A DNA stretch of 63,902 nucleotides, filler included, from Lenisia limosa (taxonomy: Eukaryota > Protista > Breviatea): assembly GCA_001655205.1 (NCBI GenBank). It is 6 parts of 6 records of this genome, joined end to end, with 100 filler letters (N's around TTAATTAATTAA, not from the genome) between each part and the next. Parts side by side here need not be neighbours in the genome. Positions count along the whole stretch, not along the records: positions 36,270 to 56,111 come from LPNZ01009517.1; positions 56,212 to 58,997 come from LPNZ01002778.1; 4 more parts are not named here. One strand, written 5' to 3'. Positions within the stretch are counted from its first letter, which is position 1. Each line of letters opens with the position of its first letter. Under the pieces are notes generated by a model, which worked only from the letters and a program-made list of their open reading frames with translations, made no database searches and was not told where the DNA came from. Position numbers and translations under genes: made by a program. Below, one piece after another: positions 45,913 to 56,245 of the stretch.

Positions 45913-47361
45913 TTCTGTTGAGAGAGCCTTGCAATCTTATAATACTTTTTACAAACATAATTACACCTAATTCGATAATATAGGGTCTGTACTGAGTGCT
46001 CTGAGGGGAATGGGGGGGGGGNNNNNNNNNNNNNNNNNNNNNNNNNNNNNNNNNNNNNNNNNNNNNNNNNNNNNNNNNNNNNNNNNNNNNNNNNNNNNNN
46101 NNNNNNNNNNNNNNNNNNNNNNNNNNNNNNNNNNNNNNNNNNNNNNNNNNNNNNNNNNATGATCACAACAATTGAAGGAGCATAATTTTGTAAGTGATCA
46201 CTTTGTAGAATACGACAAATTCACAGTTGTTTCCTCCGATAAGTATCTTTTAAAAATTTCGATTACATTGTGGGAATTATTAAATTGATATATCCGCGAC
46301 AAACCTTTTCATGATTCAGAATTTTTCACAACTTGACTTAGTCCCGAACAGAACCCCAAAAATCTGTTAACTGTTCCACGTACAATCTCACTTTATGAGA
46401 GTTCTATGATTAACGTTCTATACAGTGCCAATAACTACACAAAGAAACGTTGTCATCTGCCGAGAACATGTTGTAAAGAGACTAAATTATCAGTTCATCA
46501 CTCCTCAAATAATGTGCAATTATAAAAGTCACCCCTCCCCAATCAAACTATCCAATGAGTTGGCCTGTGTGATGCATTGAGTTAATAACAATGATCATTT
46601 CATCAAAATTCCTACTGGTATTCAGATATCATCAATACCAAACCACTACGTCTTCTTCGACAGTGTCTTCCTAAAAAAGAGTTTGAGTGATGACAAGTAT
46701 GTTTTTTCGACACCAAAAACAGGAACCTGCATTCTTTCCATACACTTTCGTTGAGAAATTCGCCGTCCTGTGCAAGGATTACCTATCTTTGTCAAGGTTT
46801 TGTGTTTGAAACGTTCAGCTAATGCCGAAAATAAGGCTTATTGTAACCGTAGAGGTTATGCACCTGGAAATTGGATCAATAGTGTATTGTTGTATGGTAA
46901 ATGTTGTGATTTCATGGCATTTTTTAGTCTGATTTTACTGTTTTATCACAAACGGTGTCCGTGTAATATGTTTCTTCAACCAAGCTCGTATTAAGATGGT
47001 CAAAAGTAAACGGGACGCATTCCTTTCCGGAAACGTATAAGTTGAAATGGGATATTTCTTTGGGACACATTTTCTGGAGGTATACTGAGTAAACTGTAAG
47101 TTGGGCCATCTGGTTCGGAAAACCTTCTAAATAGTTTATAGAGAGGTTGGGTAACAAACTTAAACTAGAAAGTCAAAGGACGATTTTCGTTTTAAACAAC
47201 GTTTAACTTATAAATAAACCCAATCTCAGGCGCAACTTGCCACAGGAACTGTTTGGTGTGAATGTGGCTCAAAAACCTATCTATGCCCTCAGTAGTCTTC
47301 CTATTGCGGCAAGATTTTCCTTCTACTTTACTAACCTCCAAACAGGGTTTCACAGTACATA

Positions 47362-48720
47362 CAGTGCCCGAAATAATCATTGGCAAACAGATTTTTAACT
47401 AATTTTCCGCAGCTTTGACCATTTTCGATCAAAAAGTAACCATTTTGTACAAAAAAAGTTTGAAAATAAGGGTTTTCGACAATAAATAGGGTGACCTTTC
47501 GTAAAAGTACAAATTCATGTTTTTTTGGTCAAATTTTCGCGAATTCTAACTGCACTTTTTGGTTAACAATTTTTTTCAGAAACAACTTCACGAACATCCA
47601 TATCATTTTTGAGTTAAAAGTTTATTTTATAGATATTTGTCATTATTTCACATTTTCACCTAAATATGAGGAAATATTCCTCCATAAGTCACCACACTGT
47701 TAAGGGAGAAATCTGGGGTTTGTGCCGCGCTGGCTTGCATCCTGCCCAAATTTGGAGAAATATAAGAAATACCGACCACGAAGTTTCACAGCGAAATGTT
47801 TATCGTTGGGTTGGCCAATTTAGAAGTGATAACACTATGTTATGCTCGAAGCCCTCAGGGCGTCGGCCCTCTACAACTAAAGAGCAAGATGATCGAATTG
47901 TAGAGAAGGTCACCGTTGAGCCTCTTAAGCCTGTCACCCAGCACCAGAAGGAACTTGAAGCCGAAGGAATTATTGTCTCTGAGAATATTATGCGTGAACG
48001 TCTCAAGAAGGCTGGCTATTATTGCTACAAAGCCCGTAAGAAGCCTTGGATCTTCCAAAAGAACCGTGCAATGGGCTCGCGAAAGAGTGAACTGGACCAG
48101 TGCCCAATGGAACAGAGTCATGAGGTCCGATAAATCCAAGTTTTAACTGTTTAAGCCTGATGCCAATTCCCGTGTGTGGAGGAAGAAGGGTACCTGGGAC
48201 CCAAGGCACATCATTCCGACTGTTAAGCATGGAGAAGGCCGTGTGCTTGTCTGGGGTGCTATTAGCAAAGGAGGCGTTGGCAAGTTATACCAGATTAAGG
48301 GTATCATGAATAAGGAGGTCTACCTTCGTAAAATTCTCCATCGCCAAGTCAAGCCGTCGTTTGAGGTAGGCAACCCTGATACTTGATATTGTAGATTATG
48401 TTCTGGGTTGTCATTTTCATGTCACAAATACTTCAACTTGTCTTAAAACTACTGCTATTGATTGTATTTGATACAAAATTGGATTAAAACTACCTTCCTA
48501 GTACTAAGTGACTTCCTCCAAAAATTGGGATGATTTTCAGATGTGTACCTCATATTCAACTAAAGCATGCTATCTTCCAGCAAGACAACGACTCCAAGCA
48601 CACAGCTAAGGTAAGAATAATGTTGATTATGCTTGAAAATGTTCTAGGCGTTTTTGCATAACTCCTTTAGGTGTGTAAGAAGTACTTTGATGAGGTTTCC
48701 CTTGACGAAATCATCGCGAG
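47362..48720 (+). mobile_element. Tc1-family transposon, frameshifted, apparently intron-containing, 3' truncated
   Basis: Begins TA|CAGTG at 47360-66. Has an HTH region (VSQRNVYRWV..SGRRPSTTKEQDDRI..RERLKKAGY..ARKKP), a frameshift near 48060, then WARERVNWT..SDKSKF..PTVKHGEGRVLVWGAIS..IKGIMN and FQQDNDSKHTAK|VCKKYF across a GT-AG intron at 48611-48670. No right TIR was found. Confidence 0.88.
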
Positions 48721-49538
48721 GTATAAAAGAACTTAGTTTAGATGAATATTAGTACTTCTATAGTGTGTATGAGTCCAAGTCTCACCTAGCATACACCTGC
48801 TACAACCATTGTATCTACATATTTGTGAATGTGTGTGTATTTGTCAATAAAAACCGCAATCAGAATGAAAATAAACCCAGTCTCGCGACGCAATGTTGGC
48901 ATTTCTCAACAAGCCACTGAACAAAACAGACACTTCAATTGATGAACGGAGCTTATCGCACCGCATACTGAAATCGGCGAAGGTGACGGCCTCAGTTGCG
49001 GCCGGTATGTGCATGGAATCATATTTTGGCACAGAGAAGTGGTTTTTCTTTTGTTTTATTTCCTGATATTTTTTGAGTTCATATTTATTCGGGGAGGAAA
49101 TTCCGACGCTGTTGTCCCTCAAACCAGAACGATTGCTACCACTACTGATGACGGTTGGCGTTTATTACCAAATCGCGGTGGGTGAGAAACACAAAAAAGA
49201 AATATTAGTATTTGTTAGATGTTGTGTTATTCTTAGAACCAAAATACTCGACCTCGCGGTTTGTTTTTTTATTGTGTGTATTTGCTCGCGTTCCTAAACA
49301 CATTGCTACCCTTGACTGGTTTAAAGCTGTTGATTGCTCCTCCATGAAACCTTTTATTAATTTCTCTCCAAGCTATTTCTGGAGTCCCCAAAAATTTCAT
49401 CAGTTGCGTTACTAGCCTCAGAGAAAATGCCACCGGGCAAGTCAAAACAGCCTATTGTCTATTTAATACGCCATCTTCCTAGACCTCCTAGTTAGACTAC
49501 TCAATTCTTACCAAGGACACAAATCTAACACAAAACCG

Positions 49539-49736
49539 TTGAAAATCAAGGAACTCAGAAATCTCCAATTTGTAAGGAAAATCCCCGGAGAAACAGAATA
49601 CGCCATGGTCGCCTATGCTGATGATACCACCCTCATCTCAGGGTCTAAAGAAGGACTAATTACAAAATTTGAAATCACTCTCAAATTTGCAGACTTTCAC
49701 AATATTGGCCCAAATCTATGTCTTGTACCCAGCTAA
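49539..49736 (+). mobile_element. Non-LTR retrotransposon reverse transcriptase fragment
   Basis: AMVAYADDTTLISGSKEGL matches the LINE RT YADD motif. The fragment is short and isolated. Confidence 0.7.
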
Positions 49737-50539
49737 AAATAAACAGTCTCCGGTCTTTCTTGCTCAAAGAAGGTCCAACTAACAAATTACAAGACTTAGC
49801 AGAATCCTAAATAGTCATTTAAGAGTGTTTTAGCAAAGGAAACTATTGGATATATGATGATATGCGGTCGTTATAAATTCTGGTTTTTTCACTAATTCTA
49901 GTTTTTTCTCTTTTATGTTTTGAATAAGAGTATTTTTTGTATTATCAAGTATATTTCCTAAGAATCCCTATTGATCAACAATAGGCTTCAAAAGGTATTC
50001 AAAGTTTGAAATTTGGGCTTCTTATTTAGAGCTCTACAGTATATATTCCAAATATTTTACTTTGACTAGAATTTAAAACCGACATTTGAAATGAAGAAGA
50101 CCTTCGAAAATAAAGGGTAATCAAAGTCAAGATAATTTTACTTCTAATTTGCCGAAATAAACACAACATATATCATATCATATACCTATTTTAGTCTTGT
50201 TTTTCTCAAAAAGGGTGAATATTATAAAAAAAGAGAAAAAAAGCAGATTTGCTTGAGAAAACCAAAATTACCAAAAAAAACCAAAATTTTGAACGGCATA
50301 TAATATAAAATATCGGTTTTGGCATATCGTGTCGGTATTGGTTTTTGACCTATCACAGGGCTTTATAGCTTGCTTTTGACTGCAGAAATAGAAAAATCCA
50401 GAAAAATAAGAAATAAATTTTTCCAAAAAGTTCAGATCACAGTTCAGTTCATTTCCCTTTTCACCATTTTTTTTTTTACTCAACACCCCCCTTAATTTTG
50501 GAATTATGCCCTTTATTTTTTTTTTTCTATTCTTAAAGA

Positions 50540-50740
50540 TAAAGCTTCCCTATAACCTTTCGTATCATCCGTTTGAAAAGAAGTGCAATTCCTGGCTCTA
50601 GATTAAGAGGGCGGCAGACAGGGAAAGCTCTTTTGGAATGAGCAAGTTCCACCTTCCATCGTCCATCCAGAATTTTTTTAGCTCCAGAGACAGTTGAGTT
50701 GGTTCATTAGTTTCAGTATTTCATAATGTGTATTTCAGTC
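50540..50740 (-). mobile_element. Possible LINE APE-endonuclease remnant
   Basis: Frameshifted ETNEPTQLSLELKNSGW.. / PGIALLFK resembles the APE QET...GxAIL motifs. The flanks (49400-52800) are degenerate and coding-like. Confidence 0.35.
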
Positions 50741-53452
50741 TGGCTTTCTTTCTTTGCTCTAGATAGATTGTCTAATTTGTCGAATTTTGACTGGATTTTG
50801 AGTGGTTTTCTTCGCTGAGCTAACGAGACCTTTCCTAAGTGGAGGCCACGAGTTTAGCGGAACGATGTGAAGCAAACGAGTCGCCGTAGCAACGGAAAGG
50901 TCGAGTTAGCGGAGCCGAAGAAGACCAATCGGGCAAGTGTAAGTGGGAATTCGCTTGGAAATAAATGAATTCGCTAGGAAAACTATGTTGCTGTATTTAT
51001 CGAATATTGGAGCGTATTTAGTCTAACAAGTTTTGTTTTGGGGATGATCTTGTTTTTTCTCAAACAAAAGAAGATCTGTTGATCTCTGGAGCTGACTGGA
51101 TTGGATGGAGATCATTTTGAGATCAAATTCTCTGTTAGATATTTCTGTCAAGTATAGTGCTGTATTGTATAAGCATACATACTCTAGAAGTAACTCCTGG
51201 CTTCTTTGGAAGCTGCCACCTATCTAGAACTGAGTTTTTGTTCACCAAGTTATTCTATTTCACCTTAACTTTCATCAAGTTATCGTAGTATTAAAGAAAA
51301 TGGACGAGTTTGGTCCGGGTCTCTACGCGACTAAATTTTTTCGGCAGTTTTCGTAGAGACTCGGTGTGTTTCGGGAAAAATTTATTACAGTGACGTGAAC
51401 TTTGAGCTGAAAAANNNNNNNNNNNNNNNNNNNNNNNNNNNNNNNNNNNNNNNNNNNNNNNNNNNNNNNNNNNNNNNNNNNNNNNNNNNNNNNNNNNNNN
51501 NNNNNNNNNNNNNNNNNNNNNNNNNNNNNNNTGGGGAATACACTCTGTTGAGGCTTTTTGTGGGTTTTATTCACAATCTCTCGCTTCTCGATTGACCTGT
51601 CGGGGTTTTCCACCGCCACCTAGACCGGGAAGAAAACACCCTTTACATAAAAAAAATGCACCAATCACCCACAGTTTCCACCCGGAATGGTTTTTAGCGT
51701 CGTCAGTGATTTTGGTGGGCGCATACAATATTGGAACTGGCACAAGACAAATTATGGCAACCAAGCCTTCTATCTTGCAAAGACTTGGTCTGTTCTAAAG
51801 GTTCATGCAAGAAACCCAGGCAGCAGTATGTTGACATTTAGTCGAACGAGTAGGAAACTGGTTTATTGGCGATGTGTTCTTCGAAAACGGATCCGTTCTT
51901 AAACCGAGATTGGAATGATAAATTATGACGTGTCACAGTTCCTGCTCCGACTACCTTTCGCTATCCTTATGTTTGCTATATTTTATCAAAAGAGCAGTTA
52001 GAATAAATTTTTAGGGCAGTTAGTCTAGAGTCTGCCCTCAAAAGTTTAGCTTTTGGAGTTAAAAGGAGATTAGCTGCCTGTCTGAATCGTTAGCGTATAA
52101 ATATGAAGTTCAAAGCAATTTCAAAGCTTTGAAACGCCACAACTTGCCAAGATCAGAGCAGCAGATCTTGCTTTTAATAAATGTTGAGTTTGGATTTTGA
52201 AGGATTTATTTCTCTTTTAATGCAATGTCCCTCAAGTTTAATCCAATTTACTCAAATACCAGATTAAAACTAGTTTTGTCTGTAAAGCATTAAAGAGTTA
52301 CTATGCTTCCGCTTGCCTTCTTTTGAAGTCCCTCTCTTCCTTCTTCCCACGTCTACTGAATATATTTCACTAGGGGCAATTTTATTCTGCTTCAGGAACC
52401 TGCTATTTCGCTACCTCTCCTATCTCGGTTAAAACGCTTGCAGCACAATGACTGTATTTCTAAATTTTTAAAGAGGTAAAAAATGAAACAATTGGGTGAG
52501 TCTATTTAGTACACTTTTTGATGTAACCTTCAGAAATGTGGACCCCTAAGGCTCACCTTCCAATGAAATCACCATCTTTCCGGTCACCACTACCCGTCTC
52601 CGGACTCGCAAATCGTAAGCTCTTGGGTGTATCATTAATGTTTCTCCTTCATCTATACAGACGATGTTCGGTTTGAAGGATTTCATGTTTCCTGAATCTT
52701 CCAACTGCTGGCATTTCTCGGTCTCTGTGTTTTTGTATCGATTTGTTCTTTGTTTGAAAAGTCAAAAAGAAAAGGTGTGTGGAGTAGGCGGAGGGAAGCT
52801 GGGAAGCCAGGAAGAGGCGCTTGGGGCGGTAAAAAGGGTTGGCAATGTGCGTGGGTGCATAATAGGTCTTGATTACAAAATAATAATGTTCGTTACAGCA
52901 AAGTTATTGGTGAAAAGTATAATAACAAAGACAAATTAATCTTTAACGTTTTGAAAAGAAAAGAAAAATTCTTTAAATTCGAGGGGAAAAAATTAAGTAG
53001 AACGGGATGCGAACCCAGTCCTGAGCTGGAATGCTCACGATCGATCAATCAACTTGAGATGAACTTATCGATCATGCGATTAATTTGAGCGCCTCGTCTT
53101 CGGTTTTCTTTTAGGAAAATCCAAAAAAGCACCTTTTTCTTTGGCCCGAAGTCCGGACTGGATGTAGGAATAGTCTGACTGCGTTGACGGTTTCTACAAT
53201 ATCTATACAATAATACTATTTGAGGACCCGCATACCAAGGGAGTGGCTTATTACCAGTTAGGTGAAGGAATCTTTTTACTACTTTTATAATAGTTAAATA
53301 AAATTTGTCATTATGACAAAAATAACATATTTCAGTCTAATTATTGAATTGTGTAACATCAATAGTCAGCCAGCGCAAGTTTGTGACTTTGTTTCTGTAC
53401 CGGTAGCATATCATATATTGTAACATACTACTTGACAACTACAAAGCTCCAA

Positions 53453-55114
53453 CTAACTCAAGATCACTTCAAGGTTGACCCCTCTTCTTATTTCACCCCA
53501 GCCAATAAGCCTAAAAAAATAAAAATATAAACAAACAGTTATCCTCACCTCCAATGAGATGCAACTCTTCTTGATAGTGCAATTTTCTCTCCCTCGAGAG
53601 TACAGACTGGTTGTTTCAAGCCAATTTTAGCAAGATCTTCCTTGACAGCCAACACAGTGCCTCCGGAACAAGTCGAACCAATATTCACCATTAAATTCTC
53701 ATTCTTTGCCAATTTTTCAACCTTTTAAAAAAGTTCCAACAAACTTTGCTCTGTTTTCCACTGTCAGCTCTCACTCCCAAAAGTCGCCTTAAGAGGAAAA
53801 AGTTGATTTCAATCTAAAAACTATAAAACTAGCAAATGTTCCAAACTTCAGTAAATATGTCTGGGAGGTGACCTGGTTTTCCAAGTACTTGCCCAACTAA
53901 TTTATCAGCTCTGCAAAGACTTGGATCAATCATGGTTCCAACCCCAATCAGCCCTCCAGGAACTGCAAATTGCAAATCATTGGAGTCTGCAAAAAGAGAA
54001 ACAATTCTCGTTCTAATAGGTTTACAAAGAAGATGCCCTTCGACATTTCTTGACACAACTCCAGGCCTAATCTCTATCTCATCATTCTGTGACAGTACCC
54101 CCAAATAATAAAAATAAAAAGATACTTGCAAAATAGACCCCCCAGCTATTCCACCACAAAGTTTTTCAACATCACAACCAGGTTTGTTTACATCAAAAGA
54201 ACGGATGATAATCATTCTTGGAATCATATTAATCTGAAAGAAAAACTGAAGTGAAATCCCTTGCAGGAAAAGGAACCTTGGTTACAATTTGTTCACATAA
54301 AGAATCAATGTTGTACTTATGCTGCGCCGATATTGGTATTATAGAAGAACCCTCCGCAATTGTTCCTGAATGATCCCCAAAATATTACCTTCAATAAAAC
54401 GAATAATTTGTTGATACTGTTCAGCAGCTTGAGGTTCTTTTAATAAATCAACCAAAAATGAAAAAAAAATAAACACTTTATTTTGAAGAATAATAATATT
54501 TTTTAATCTCATAATTTCAATTGCAGCAAGATGCTCAGACGTCTGAGGTTGTGGACAAGGTTCATTTCCAGCAATAATTAAGAGAGCTGCATCCATTACT
54601 GCAGCCCCATTGAGCATTGTCGCCATAAGAATATCATGACCGGGACAATCTACAAAAGAAATGTGTCTTTTAATTTAAGATGAAAAAAACTTCATCAAGG
54701 TTGAAGGCGCGCCACATGAATGACAACATTCATCAATTGGAGCAGATGAGGATCCAGAATGATAGCATCCAGGAGGAAAGCATTTGCTACTTGTGCACAT
54801 ATAAAAAGATCTGATCAACCTTAAAAATTTTGGCATTTGCATAACCTAGTTTGATTGTAATATTTCTTACAATTTCACTCTTAAATCTAACAGTCTACAT
54901 GGTGAGAGATTAGGTCACTAACATGAACTCCTGAAACCGCTTTGACAACAGTTGATTTTCCATGAGCAACATGACCAATGGTTCCTGTTCAATAAAGTAC
55001 TAAAAAACAAACCTATATTTATTGTTGCTTGTCGACTGAATGGTAAAACAGTAAAAACTAAACAAACGAAATTACTGAATGACTGTCAGCGCGAAGAGTT
55101 TTAAAATTAATCAT
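53453..55114 (-). CDS. EIF2S3: Translation initiation factor eIF2 subunit gamma, 13 exons, complete (446 aa if all 12 introns are removed)
   Basis: [16 protein letters not shown]|RQATINIG|[11 protein letters not shown]..|[16 protein letters not shown]|C..|[22 protein letters not shown]|VD..|..PARDFTS|[20 protein letters not shown]|GVL..|..|..SRRVASHWR|LIGWGEI..ILS*. Intron lengths are 32, 28, 28, 22, 24, 24, 23, 22, 24, 33, 23 and 38 nt (321 total). 1662-321 = 1341 nt = 447 codons. Confidence 0.96.
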
Positions 55115-55712
55115 TTTGGCAGGAGTGCACGAAGTTGACCGATAAGGAGCAATGGAGCCTGCTGGCCTGCAATGAAGTAAATATGCAACCTAAAACTGTA
55201 TCAAGCTTGAACGTACCAGTGTACCTGTCTGGTGCTCTGGCTGTGCTCTGGTGCGAGTAAGCAAGAGTCTTGCAAGAGTCAAGGTGCAATGTACAAGTTG
55301 TGTAGTTGTACAGCAATGTACACCAAAATGTACAGGTTGCAGGTTGGCGGTTGGGCAGGTTAGCAGCTGGTTGGCAGAAAGAACTTGGTGAAGGACGAGG
55401 TAAAGGAACTGAGTAAGGAAAAGAAAATCAGGAGAAAAACAATCCTGGGGTTGTGTATAAAGTTAAGCCTAGGGATAACGAAAGCCAAACCTGGATATTT
55501 TTATTGGATATTATCACGGAGTACAATAGACGCGCAACATCAGTTAATGGAAGATAGTCAGTTGAGTTAAAGCATTTGAGCTAACTATGTTGCTCCGATA
55601 ACAGTGCCAACTCCCTCTTGAGTGTGAATCTATCGACTTAGTCATGGTAGGTTAATAGTCAAAAGATTATATGTGTAAATAAGACAGGTTACCAATAAAT
55701 TCACCCTTTACA

Positions 55713-56111
55713 ATCAGAGATGCAGAGTGGTGACATATTTGAGGAAACCACTGATCTCGTTGTGTTGCCCTTCCCCTTCGCTCTTCTTCCTTTCAACATC
55801 TATATATTAATATGCCTTACCAAATTTAAGTTAACTTTTATATGCTCCCGCGCCAAAACCCCGTCATTATTGGGATATCCCGTCATTATTGAATTTAGGG
55901 AGAAATACGCTTGAAATGATTTTTCTTTTTATGACATGTATTTTTACACTCATTTTTGAGCAATTAAGGTAAAACAAAGTCTCCAGTAAACCCAAAAGAG
56001 AGAGAACAGAAAATATATTTCATAAAATCAACACTACTTTTTCTTTCGGGGCTGCTTCTCCTTCAGCTTTTCAATCACATTAGTTGTTGGAACAAGGATA
56101 CCCCCTTGGTT
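55713..56111 (-). CDS. 3' fragment of an unidentified compact gene with tiny introns
   Basis: Coding-like GGILVPTTNVIEKLKEKQPRK near the contig end, and a last exon DVERKKSEGEGQHNEISGFLKYVTTLHL* after a 21-nt gtaaggcatattaatatatag intron. Confidence 0.3.
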
Positions 56112-56211
56112 NNNNNNNNNNNNNNNNNNNNNNNNNNNNNNNNNNNNNNNNNNNNTTAATTAATTAANNNNNNNNNNNNNNNNNNNNNNNNNNNNNNNNN
56201 NNNNNNNNNNN
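56112..56211. other. Artificial contig linker
   Basis: N44-TTAATTAATTAA-N44. Confidence 0.97.
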
Positions 56212-56245
56212 TTGGATAGTATTCACTTCACCCCTTCTAGCTCAC

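Noticed and set aside
46180-46240. THAP-like motif FVSDHF
   Set aside because: It is too short, lacks the cysteine, and has no supporting ORF.
53005-53090. tRNA or tRNA-derived SINE (minus-strand GGTTCGCATCCC B-box)
   Set aside because: There is no cloverleaf and no convincing A-box.
54234-54246. 13-nt canonical GT-AG intron as an alternative to the 22-nt GT-TG intron
   Set aside because: It keeps the frame but adds INM into a gap-free conserved motif and is shorter than any well-supported spliceosomal intron I know. It is disfavoured, not excluded.
53453-55114. eIF2-gamma as a pseudogene or frameshifted assembly
   Set aside because: Every interruption begins with GT and has intron-like composition, all GTPase motifs are intact, and the exons sum to a whole number of codons.
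55280-55380. caggttg/tgtaca-rich repeats upstream of eIF2-gamma as a regulatory array
   Set aside because: The units are irregular and nothing supports a function.
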